From Eledone cirrhosa (Eukaryota), in contig OZ024742.1 of assembly GCA_964016885.1 (NCBI GenBank), positions 4,898,001 to 4,962,000 on the forward strand: a stretch of 64,000 nucleotides of DNA. Direction: 5' to 3'. The notes beneath the pieces were generated by a model. The model searched no databases and had not been told where the DNA came from. It was given only the letters and a program-made list of their open reading frames with translations. A program made the position numbers and the translations under genes. Shown here piece after piece: positions 30,672 to 42,298 of the stretch; position 1 is the stretch's first letter; each line of letters starts with the position of its first letter.

Positions 30672-33600
30672 TTACTGATATATACTCAGAGTAGGCCCAT
30701 TCACTCGGGCCATTCTTGCTTCTCTCACCCATCTTTCAACAAAATGCTGGGAAGAGAGCACTTCCCTCTCTACTCTGATTTTCCTTTTCAAATGAAATTT
30801 GAAAAAGTCAATCAGAGCATCACCGAAGAGGTAAGTGCTCGTCTTCAGCCCTTTCAAACGTGTCCACCATACTATCTCTTTCGCCATGGCCACCAGACAG
30901 ATAAAAACTGCCTGCCCTTCCCGGCTAAAGGAGGAGGGCGGGGCAATCCTCACGATGGACTCAGATGATAGCCGGATCCGTCCTACACGCGACAGCAGGC
31001 GTTCGACATAAACCCACAAGTCAGCAATTTTCGGACACTGGACGAGTGCGTGCAGGACGGTTTCGTCGCCCTGCGCGCATCTCGGACATGCCCGGCTGAC
31101 GGCACCTCCGTGCCTGTAGAGGTTATCCCGAACTGGCAAGGTTCCTCGGTAGCACTGCCAGGCCAGAGATTTCTGGAAGTTGTCCATAGGCCCTGGCCCG
31201 AAAGTTCTTCCGAAGAGATTGGCTAGTTGATTTTCGTCGACGCCTAGAGTTTCCCCAAGTACGTCGTCGCTCTTCCCCTCCACTAATCCTCTATAGAACG
31301 CCGAGGTGGAGTTTCCACCGATCACATTGCCCGATTGGTCGAGGGCTGTGAGCGCCTGAAGACATTCCAGTCTCCAGGCGCTCCCTCTCGGTCTTCGCTT
31401 GACCCAGGACTGCAGCTCCGTCAAGGAAACGAGCTGGGGAAATAAGTGTCTAGCAAACGGCTACAACACCTGATCACCGTCGAGGAAGAGGTGGAGATGT
31501 CGTAGCCTGAGCGCGTGCCACGTAGCGGGTGTTGACAACAGATGGACCGCCTGACCATCGGAGCGCGTCCCTTCCACAAAAAGCGAAAGAGCAAACGCTC
31601 CAGCGCAGTCAGGCGAGGCTTAGGACAAGGTACGACGGTCAGGCGGTAGCAGATGACAGACGCGATGTACGCGTTAGCCACCTCCGCTCGACCTTTCAGG
31701 GATAGCTTCCTCTCCGCCCATTTCTGGGTGAGAGAAGCCACCCTGCTCGTCACCTCGTCCCAGTTCTTGTCCGTCTGGAGGTCCGGACCGAACCAGACCC
31801 CTAGCAATTTAACCGGTCCGTCCGTCCAGCGTCCGACGACGCTGTTGGACGGAATGGACCTGCATCTCCAGGTGCCGAGCTGCAGGCCCACTGACTTTTC
31901 CTGGTTGATCATTGCTCCTGTCACCGCTTCGTATTCTCTTAGTGTAGTGCCGATTGCCTCGATGTGTTTGGCGTTCGACACCACTACGGTGACATCGTCC
32001 GCATATGCTGACACGGATCTTCCGCATCCTAGTTCGCGCGGGACGCCCCTCAACGTCTCCAGTTTGTGCAGTAATGGCTCGAGAGTCAATACATACAAGA
32101 GGGACGAGAGGGGAGATCCTTGGCAGACCGAGCGCATGATGTTGAACGGTTCCGACAGGTGACCGTTCACTCTCACTACAGAGCAGATGTCGCTGTGCAT
32201 GGCAGCGATCCAGCCTCTGAAGACCGGCCCAAAGCCAGCCGCCCTCAGGACTGCCGCTAGGTAACGATGGTCGACCCTATCGAAGGCTTTGGACTGATCT
32301 AAATTTATCAAAGATCCACCCGTGCCAGGTTCCCTAGCTACCCTCTCTACGATGTATCGGGAATGGCGCATGTCTGCGCCTCTCCCACCAGACCGCCAAC
32401 GACAAGCGCCAACCTCTTGGCTAGCACCTTGGCCAAAATCTTGAACTCTGTGTTTAGCAGAGTTATGGGCCTAAAATTATCTGTTAACACCGTTTTTCGG
32501 ATCCTTTCTCAGCAGCGCCACCGCTCCTCGGCTCACAGAGCTGGGAATTCTCCCGTTCTATTGCCAGTTGCAGTAGACGTCCGCCAAGAGGCCTCCAAAC
32601 AAGTCTGGCATTTGTACGTAAAGTTCATAGGGCAGACCATCCAAACCAGGCGATTTACCCCTTGTGGAGCCAGTCATTGCCTCCCGTACTTCAGCGGCTG
32701 TTATCGGCTTTTCGCAATACTCCGCCTCAGTGGCCGAGAGCCGCAGCAATCCGTCGAGGTAGACACTAAAGCCCATCCCTCGATCCGGCCCGCCGCTGCC
32801 CCCGAACAGCTGTGCGAAGTGTCGCTGAAAAGCTTCACACATTTGCCCGGGATCGAGTAGCATGCGCCCGTCGTGGTCCACCAAAGACCGGATCGTGGCT
32901 TTGTTGCCACGACGCGCCTCCTCCACTCGGGCCTATTAAACGGCTTTCGTCCCCTCGTGTCTGACAGCACGCACCCTAGCTCTGACAACGTAGCCTTCGT
33001 GCTTTGCATTGAAGAATTGGTCAAGGGCCAATTTCGCCGCAAGTACATCGGTCGCGATGCCTTTGCTAAGCGCCTCGTCTAATTTTCTAACTAATTCTCC
33101 CTCTGCTCTATTTTTCTCTATTGCTAAAGCCTTACTAAACCTAATGGACTCTATTCTAATTGCTCTTTTCAGAGCAAACCACCACTTGTTGACGATGGCC
33201 CCGTCAACGCTCACTTAACTAGTTCGCTAATCCGGTCTCTGTAGGCCTTGCGCCCTGGTCAGGACGCGTTTAGCTTCCAGTAGCCGGGTCCTCGTCTATG
33301 AAGCCTATCTAAGTCAAGCACACAGATCACGAATGTGTGGCCGTGTAGCTGACTATCTTGAATTGTGGACAGCCTATGCTAGACCTATCTATTTCCCTAC
33401 AAAATACTCTATCTAGATATGATCTGGATGACCCTATGCGATTTGTCCAAGTCCACATTAGCACATTCGGGAAATCCAATCGGTACCAGTCAGACAGTTC
33501 AAAACGCCTGAGCAGGTTGGTGAGACTCTTGCACCCTCCTCCTCTATCCGCTAATCCCACACAGTCCCAGCGTGCATCTAAGATCCCGATCCAGTCGCCC

Positions 33601-33953
33601 ACTAACACTAAAGAGCGGGACGTTCCAAGAAAGGTCTCCAGACGCCGGAAGAAATTAGGCCGCCCTGCACCTGTCGCGGCATAGATGGCCACTAACCTGA
33701 AAGCTTGCCCGTCTCCGCTGGTCACGTCCAGCACCACCAACTTACCTTCTGGGTCCAGGAAGATGGCCCGTATGGCAAGATCCAAACCTCTCCGAAAAAG
33801 CACAGCAACTCCTCCCCCGATCCAGGACGGCTGGGAGATGAGTACACATCGTAGCCGCCGAAGATCGGTGCGAAGGCCCGTGCTTCGGAGATGCTGGTCT
33901 CGCTGATGGCCACTACATCTATGTTTAGTGACCTGAGGTCGTTGAGCAGGTGG
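30672..33953 (-). pseudogene. Tx1 ORF2 (APE + RT), frameshifted, N-terminus clipped
   Basis: VGDW, YLDR, KSPGLDGLP, LDQSKAFDRV, QGSPLS, YADD, CPRC...ETVLH. Confidence 0.92.
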
Positions 33954-35082
33954 CCCCGTTGGGTGGTGGTGGTGTTGGTTTTGCTACTGTTGCTGGGGTT
34001 GTTGCTGTTACAGTTGCTTCTGTTGTTGCTGCTACAGTTGTTGCTGCCATCTCTGCTGCTGGTGGTGTTGATGGTTGAGTCACTGGGGTGGGTAGGAGAG
34101 GTGGCCTCATCCTTTTAGCCTGAGGGCAGAAAGCCCTTAGGTGGGTTCATCACCACAAATGACACACCTAGGCCTTCTGCCCTCGACAATTACGGTGAGG
34201 TGGCTGCCGTCAGTGAGGTCTATTACCTCTGGGATCTCCTCAATGCTTTTTTGGTCCGCTTGGATCAGGAGCTCCATCCCAGATCCGGACCAGTTCTCCA
34301 GCTTTTCTTTCGCTCTTTCTATTATCTTGGTGTTGGCTTCGATGCCGGCGAGGACCGCAGCTATTAGCCAGGGAATTTCGATGGCCGGTGGAACGTGGGT
34401 GACCCTGATCTTTACGAGTCTCTGGTCACAATAGCTTGGTACGAGTGTGAAGTCGTCACTTCTTAATGGGGCCATGGAGTGTTCTCTAGCCTCCTGTGGT
34501 GTTTCAAAGAACACGTCCATAGTTCCATACTTCTGCCCAAGTCTGATGTGGGTTTTTTTTGCCCACACATGTCCCAAAGTTTTTTGGATTTGGGACTCGG
34601 ATGCCCGTTCCACTCGGCGCAATTTTTGATTAATTGTTCGATAAGACACGGTGCATAGGCGCCGATTCTCCATTTTATTAGGTGGGGGGGGGAGGCTGAC
34701 CCTGTACCCATCTTTCTTTACCATTTTTTTTGGCTTCTTCTAATTCATCCTGAGTTACCTGAAATGCTTCGCACTGTTTTCCTACTCTGGCAAAACTCAG
34801 GGTGGTTTTCTTAATGTCATTGTTGCAGTTGTTGTTATCGTTATTTTTGTTATTATTATTTTTAATTTCAGTTGTGGTGGTGGCGTCAGTTGTGTTCGGA
34901 GTGGAAGACTTCATTTTGGTTGAATTCATTTCGATATCACTTGTTAATTTATTTTTTTCTTTTGTTTCTGTTGTCGCGGTAGTGGTGGGGTTGGGGGTTG
35001 TCGCGGTGGTGGTGGTGGTGGTGGCGGCTTTAACACCTGCACTCATTGGTAATGGCGGGAAATGAATGTCTGCCTGAGACAA
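33954..35082 (-). pseudogene. Tx1 ORF1 fragment
   Basis: Homologous to ORF1 at 45730-47814 (ELEEAKKMV, VEGRRPRCVICG knuckle start). Confidence 0.8.
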
Positions 35083-35434
35083 ATTAAAAATATTGCTACT
35101 GCTTATATTTTTTTAGTGTTGGCAAACGTAGTAACATTTATAATGGTGGTGTCGGTGTGAGGTGTTAGTTTGTGAGAAAGGAGTGACTCTGAGTCAGCCA
35201 TAATTTTTCAAAGAAAAGTTTTTTTTGATAATTATAAAAGTTTAAATTTTGGGCTCAAGGCCCCAATCTTTTTGGGTGTCCTTTTCAGATAACAATGTAT
35301 GTGCACTTATATACAGTTAACAATAAAAATTTTCCATGAATGTCAATTTTAAATAACTGAAAATAACAAACCTTTGCGGAGCTCACGATGATACGATTTA
35401 CTACGTAGGTCGCCAATAATAATAATAATAATAA

Positions 35435-38400
35435 GTTCATAACATACATGCCTCATGGTTAGACAGACAAATGAAAGATACAGCTCACCTTGAGGAACAA
35501 ATATGGGAAAATATAACAGTTGAACGGTTGCGCTTGGCTCTAAGAAAAACGAGCAAATGGAAATCCCCAGGAAAAGACAAAATACAAAACTTTTGGATAA
35601 ATGCCTTCACAGAGTCTCATGAGCTGTTAGCCCAACTTTACAATGAAATAGTTATGGAGCCAGAAAAGATACCATCATGGCTAGTTAACGGCATTACATT
35701 CCTGCTTCCGAAGAATGATGAGACAAACAATCCCAAAAATTACAGACCGATAACTTGCTTGACCACAATGTATAAAATTTTACATCAGTCCTAACTGAAT
35801 ACACATATGACCACCTGATAACAAATGACATATTTCCCATTGAGCAGAAAGGGTGTAAACGAGGCTCATATGGCTGTAAGGATCAGCTTCTGGTTAACAA
35901 AATGATACTGGAAGATTGTCATAATAGACACAAAAATCTATCGATTGCTTGGATAGATTATAAAAAAGCATTCGATAGTTTGCCACACAGTTGGATTGAA
36001 AAATGTTTAGAGATTTTCAAAATATCCCCCGTTGTCTGGAGGTTTTTGTCATTCAGTATGAAGACATGGAAAACGACACTCCTTTTGAATAGTGAAACTG
36101 TAGTGACCTACATTCCGCGGGCTCACATACATTCTCTGTGCGTGATTTGGCTCAGTTCAGCCAATCAGCGCCAGTAGAAGAGGATGTATCCCTACGCGCC
36201 CTGAGGAAGAAATTCACCGCGAAGATTTGAAGAATCTCGCTCTTGTACCAGAAACTTCGAGCCAGCAACACGCATAATGTAACAGTGAGATATTGCACCA
36301 CTAGCCTCGCCGGCTTAACGGCGCAATGGCACATTCTCTTTTGTAACCTCTTTGTATCTGTAACTTCAACCATATAAATAAACAAACATTTCATCTCTAA
36401 TTACTGCGGTTGAAGTCGTTGTTATGTTTTACTCGTGTCTCCATGACATCTTTAATCCATGCTGCTGGAATTGGCGACCTGACGAAAGGAATATTGTGAA
36501 TAGATGGTAAATAGATCGAGGTACCTTCCCTCACGTCTATGTCAACAAGATAATCCAACGAGGATACTATCACTTACCACACTGGCAACTAACGACCACT
36601 GATTCTACCACCCTGCTAAAGTGGCGATAACATCTATAACCAATACTGCTAAAAAACAAAATCACTGGAAGCTGGAGAAGTTAATATTAATTGTGGAATT
36701 TGTCAGGGTGACTCTTTATCACCGCTTTTATTCTGCATCGCACTTATACCATTAAGTAAAATGCTCAATGAAACAAAACATGGATATAAAGTCTATGACA
36801 AAACCATTAATCACTTGTTCCACATGGATGACCTGAAACTATTTGCAAAAAATGATGAACAATTGCAAGGGCTATTATCCACTGTGGAGCAGTTCAGTGA
36901 TGACATTAAAATGGAGTTTGGACTAGATAAATGCGCCAAAGCAACGTTCACCAGAGGAAAGCTGCTGAAGAGTTCAGACATTAATCTTGATCGGGGGAAC
37001 GTGATAAGAGAACTTGATCAAGAAAAAACTTACAAATATCTAGGTGTTTGTGAAGGAGACGGAATCAAGCACTCGACAATGAGGGAAAGGATAAGGAAGG
37101 AATGTTACCGCAGAGTAAGAGCAATCTTAAGAACGGAATTGAATGCAAGGAATAGGATCGATGCCATAAACACGCTTGCCATACCAGTAGTAACCTACAG
37201 TTACAATGTCATCAACTGGTCAATCACAGAGATCCGTAGGCTCGATACAAAAATTCGAAAATTCTTAACCATGCACAGAATGCATCACCCTAAGGCAGAT
37301 ATAGATAGAATATATCTCCCTAGGAAAGAAGGAGGACGTGGGTTAATCCAGTTAGACATTGCGTTGAAAACTGCAACAATTGGATTATCTACATATCTAA
37401 GGGGATCACATGATTGGATGATCAAACTCGTTTTGAAACACGAAAGCATCAAAAGATCATATTCCATTACAAAAGATGCACAAAGATACAGTAATGGACT
37501 ACAAATTTCAGAAGTCCCATTTACTGCTGAAATGGAAAACACAGAAAAAGCAAAGCAGGTAAAAGTAACTGCAAAGAAAGAACTGCTACAGAAACTGGCT
37601 AAGAAATGGCAAGAAAAGCCTCTGTATGGAAAATACCCAGAGCGAGCTAACAATCCTGATGTTGACAAAACTTTAACCCATCAGTGGTTGGCATCCTCTG
37701 GACTGAAATCGGAGACTGAAGGACTGATTATATCAGCACAAGATCAGTGTCTGCCAACAAAAAATTACCAAGCCAACATAATAAAAAATGGATGCAGCCC
37801 ATTATGCTGTGTATGCAAAAAACAACCAGAGACCATTGACCATATAATTTCAATGTGCAGTCCTATAGCTCCAACCGAATACCTAAACAGGCATGACAGA
37901 GCTGCACAATACATACATTGGATAATGTGTAAGCATTTTGACCTGCCCCATCAAAAGAATTGGTGGGAACATCAACCACCTCCCATACTTGACAAAGATC
38001 ACATCTCAATCTTGCGGAACTTTAGCATCCAAACAGACCGAAAAATAGATGCAAATAGACCTGATATAATATTGAAGGACTTTAAAAAGAGGGTATGCCT
38101 GCTAATTGACATGTCTGTTCCAATAGACAAGAATGTATCTATAAAAACATTTGAAAAATTGAGCAAGTATAAGGACCTGGAGATAGAAATTGCAAAAATG
38201 TGGAAATTGAGAACTAAAACAATACCAGTGGTTGTAGGCGCTCTGGGAATGATACCTAAGGGGTCTAATGATTACATATCGCAAATCCCAGGAAACCCGC
38301 GTATAGGAGAAATACAAAAGATAGTATTAATGGGAACTGCCCATATACTAAGGAAGATTCTGTCAATATAAGTACATCACAAGTCTAAACACTAAAGATG

Positions 38401-38515
38401 CATGTGTGAGTATGTATGTTCTTTCTTGAACATGGCGGACCTTGTTGTCTCTTGAGGTCACTGGTTGTGACTTGGTGATAACTCGTATGAACATAAAGCA
38501 AGATAAATGCAACTG
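35435..38515 (+). mobile_element. 5'-truncated R4/Dong-clade LINE (family 1): RT + CCHC + restriction-like endonuclease
   Basis: [62 protein letters not shown]; ORF ends 38371; (TAA)n both sides. Confidence 0.9.
36099..36660 (+). mobile_element. Insertion in the R4 RT: LTR-like segment plus PBS-like motif (probable Ty3/gypsy 5' end)
   Basis: Starts TGTAGT, CCAAT box ~36162, AATAAA 36377, TGGCGACC 36472; R4 frame resumes at ~36662 (SLEAGEVNI). Confidence 0.55.
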
Positions 38516-38535
38516 TAATAATAATAATAATAATA

Positions 38536-38820
38536 ATACCAGGACTTAAAGTGGGAGGTAAAAAGGATTTGGAACTGCCATGAAGTCAAAGTGATCCCGA
38601 TTGTCATAGGCGCACTAGGGACTATCTCAAAAAGTTTCCAGGGATGGTTAAAGAAAATTGGCCCCTTCACGCTTTTTGGAACGCTTCAAAAGGCATGCTT
38701 GCTGGGAACAGAAAGAACCCTCCGATACGTACTGAATATCTGAGGCTGCAGGTAGTGGCTTGATATTCATTTCAACAAACTTTCCAGTTAACTAACATCA
38801 ATGACTGAGACTCAAAGAGT
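38536..38820 (+). mobile_element. 3'-end fragment of R4/Dong family 2
   Basis: Near identical to ~41015-41296; TAA runs on both sides. Confidence 0.88.
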
Positions 38821-38829
38821 AATAACAAC

Positions 38830-38880
<51 letters not shown>

Positions 38881-41296
38881 CAGAACCGCATGTTTGACAA
38901 CAACCAGAAGATGCTGTTTGGACAGCTTGAAGGGAAAGAAAGAAGCAACGACTTGATCCCTGAGGCGGAACAAACTAAAACATTCCGGAGAGGAATATGG
39001 GAGCAGGATGTTAAACATAATGACCAGGCAGTGTGGATTGAGACAGTACAAAAGGAGATTAGTGAACAGGCACACCAACAAACTGATTTGAGTATCACAG
39101 TTGAAACTCTTAAGGGGCAGGCCAAAAAACTAACCAACTGGAAATCACCAGGCCCAGATGGATTAAAAATATAACATCCCTCCCCCGAAACTGACAACCA
39201 TGTTCAATGACTGCTTTATGCCAGGTGAGGTACCAGAGTGGTTGACAAATGGTACCACAGTTCTGGTAATGCAAGACCGAATCAAGGGTAATGATGTTAC
39301 CAACTATTGACCTATCACATGTCTGTCCGTAATGTGGAAACTGTTGACAAGCATTATGTCTGAGGAAATCTACCATCACCTCCACACAAACAACTTGTTA
39401 CCGGACGAACAGAAAGGATGCCGAAAGAAGTCCCGTGGTACAAAGGACCAGTTACTTATTGATAAGATGGTAATGAGGAATTGCAAGAGGAGACACACTG
39501 GTCTTGCCATGGGATGGATAGACTACAAAAAAGCATTTGACATGGTGCCTCATTCTTGGATCATCAAGGTGGCAGATAACATCAGACAGTTGTTGGGCAA
39601 AGGTATGGAGTCCTGGAAAACAGAGTTAACATCAGCTGGAGAATCCTTGGGAGGCGTGAAGAGCAAGAGAGGTATCTTCAAGGGAGATAGTCTGTCCCCT
39701 CTGTTGTTTGTCCTTGCCCTGATGCCCCTGACCATTATACTGCGAAAAGTGAGAGCAGGATACAAGTTGGGAAAGGGAGAGCTTACCATCAATCACCTCC
39801 TCTTCATGGACGATCTTAAGCTCTTCGGGAAGAGTGAGAATGAGTTGGATGTGCTTGTTGACACTGTCCGTATTTTCAGCAATGATATATGTATGCAATT
39901 TGGTATTAGTAAGTGTGGAGTCCTTGTGATGAAGTGGGGTAAATTCAGCAGAAGCAACGGAATCCAGGTCCCAACAGGTGAGATGATAAAGGAAATTAAC
40001 ACTGAAGAAGGATACAAGTATTTGGGTGTTCTGGAGGCTGATGACATCAAGAACAAAAAAATGAAGGAATTGATAAGATTTGAATACGTTCGGAGAGTAA
40101 GGAGCGTATTAAAGTCACATCTGAACAGTAGGAATGCCATAAGTGCAGTAAATTCCCGAGCTGTGTCTATTATTAGGTACAGTGCGGGAATTCTGAGATG
40201 AAATGTTGCTGAACAAAAAGAAATGGATAGGAAGACTAGGAAGCTATTGATTATCTACAACATGTTCCACAAGAGGAGTGATGTCGATAGACTCTACTTT
40301 AGGAAATCTGAACGTGGAATAGGTCTTATCAGCATAGAGGACTGTGTTCAGATGGAGAAAAACAACCTACACAAATACGTGACTGATAGTAAGGAGCCAA
40401 TGCTCAAAACTGTACTGAAGGAGAGGACAATAGACCAGGGGATGTCCAAGGAGGAAATAACAACAAGGAGAAAGAGCAGCCTTTATGAAAAATCCCTTCA
40501 TCGTACCTTCTTTGAGAAAACTGAATTCAGAGATCCACAGACATGGAACTGGTTGAAATGAGGAGACCTTAAAAAGGCTACAGAAGGAATGTTAATGGCT
40601 GCGCAAGAGCAGGCCCTCAAAACGAAGTGGTTGAAATACCATATTTACAAGGAGGAGGTTAGCCCACTGTGCAGGATCTGGGGATCACATTGTATTCGAG
40701 TGTAAACACCTAGCCCAGACTCACTATAAGGGCTGGAGACATGATGTGATGGGCAGAGTGATTCACTGGCACCTATGCAAAGTAAACAATTTACCATATT
40801 CTGAGAAGTCGTATGAGCATAAGCCAGAGTCGGTGATAGAAAACGATCAGGTGAAGGTGCTGTGGGATATTAGGATACAGACGGACAAGAAACTGGAACA
40901 CAATAGACCTGACCTGGTGGTTTTGGACAAAGACAAAAGATCGTGCCTGGTTGTGGATGTGGCCTGCCCATTCGACACGAGAGTGAAAGAGAAGGAGAGG
41001 GAGACAATTAACTGATACCAGGACTTAAATTGGGAGGTAAAAAGGATTTGGAACTGCCATGAAGTCAAAGTGGTCCCGATTGTCATAGGCGCACTAGGTA
41101 CTATCTCAAAAAGTTTCCAGGGATGGTTAAAGAAAATTGGCCCCGCCACGCTTTTTGGAACGCTTCAAAAGGCATGCTTGCTGGGAACGGCAAGAACCCT
41201 CCGAAACGTCCTGAATATCTGAGGCTGCAGGTAGTGGCTTGATATTCATTTCAAAAAACTTTCCAGTTAACTAACATCAATGACTGAGACTCAAAG
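38881..41296 (+). mobile_element. 5'-truncated R4/Dong-clade LINE (family 2), many stops and frameshifts
   Basis: [55 protein letters not shown]. Confidence 0.9.
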
Positions 41297-41330
41297 AATA
41301 ATAAAAATAATAATAATAATAATAATAATA

Positions 41331-41582
41331 ATGTTTTCTTTATTAACCACAAGGGTTTACATAAAGTAGACATTAAGGACAGTACAGGACAATACAGGAC
41401 GGTACAAATGGGCATTTCTGCGTGTAAAAAAAACAGAGGATGAAATAAAATAACAAAGAAAAATTCCCCAATAGGGGGGAGACTTCCGAGGGACATTTGT
41501 GGAGAAAGCCCATTAAAAGACCACAGTGGCCCTGACCACCAGGGCAAGTGCCCTCTCCCAGTTTTCCACCTTTAATTTACAG
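41331..41582 (-). mobile_element. 3' UTR-only copy of Tx1 family B
   Basis: Matches 30421-30675 and 42047-42302; TAA runs at both sides. Confidence 0.9.
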
Positions 41583-41614
41583 ACACATAATAATAATAAT
41601 AATAATAATAATAA

Positions 41615-41824
41615 CGATTTCTTTATTAACCACAAGGGTTTACATAAAGTAGACATTAAGGACAGTGCAGGACAATACAGGACGGTACAAATGGGCATTT
41701 CTGCGTGTAAAAAAACAGAGGATGTAATAAAATAACAAAGAAAAATTCCCCAATAGGGGGGAGACTTCTGAGGGACATTTGTGGAGAAAGCCTATTAAAA
41801 GACCACAGTGACCCTGACCACCAG
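41615..41824 (-). mobile_element. Second 3' UTR-only copy of Tx1 family B
   Basis: Same 3' UTR sequence, shorter. Confidence 0.9.
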
Positions 41825-41990
41825 AAGATTCTGTCAATATAAGTACATCACAAGTCTAAACACCTAAAGATGCATGTGTGAGTATGTATGTTCTTTCTTG
41901 AACATGGCGGACCTTGTTGTCTCTTGAGGTCACTGGTTGTGACTTGGTGATAACTCGTATGAACATAAAGCAAGATAAATATGCAGCTGA
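41824..41990 (+). mobile_element. 3' end fragment of R4/Dong family 1
   Basis: Near identical to 38353-38515. Confidence 0.9.
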
Positions 41991-42006
41991 AAAAAAAAAA
42001 AATAAA

Positions 42007-42037
<31 letters not shown>

Positions 42038-42298
42038 TTAATAATAATGTTTTCTTTATTAACCACAAGGGTTTACATAAAGTAGACATTAAGGACAGTG
42101 CAGGACAATACAGGACGGTACAAATGGGCATTTCTGCGTGTAAAAAACAAAAACAGAGGATGTAACAAAAAAATAACAATGAAAAATTCCACAATAGGGG
42201 GAGACTTCGGAAAGACATTTGTGGAGAAAGCCCAGTAAAAGGCCACAGTGACCCTGACCACCAGGGCAAGTGCCCTCTCCCAGTTTTCCACCTTTAAT

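Larger units (their letters stand above)
30421..35413 (-). mobile_element. Tx1-clade LINE (family B ORF2 with a divergent ORF1), internally deleted, flanked by (TAA)n
   Basis: ORF2 and 3' UTR near identical to 42047-45694; abrupt junction at ~33953; TAA runs at both ends. Confidence 0.9.
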
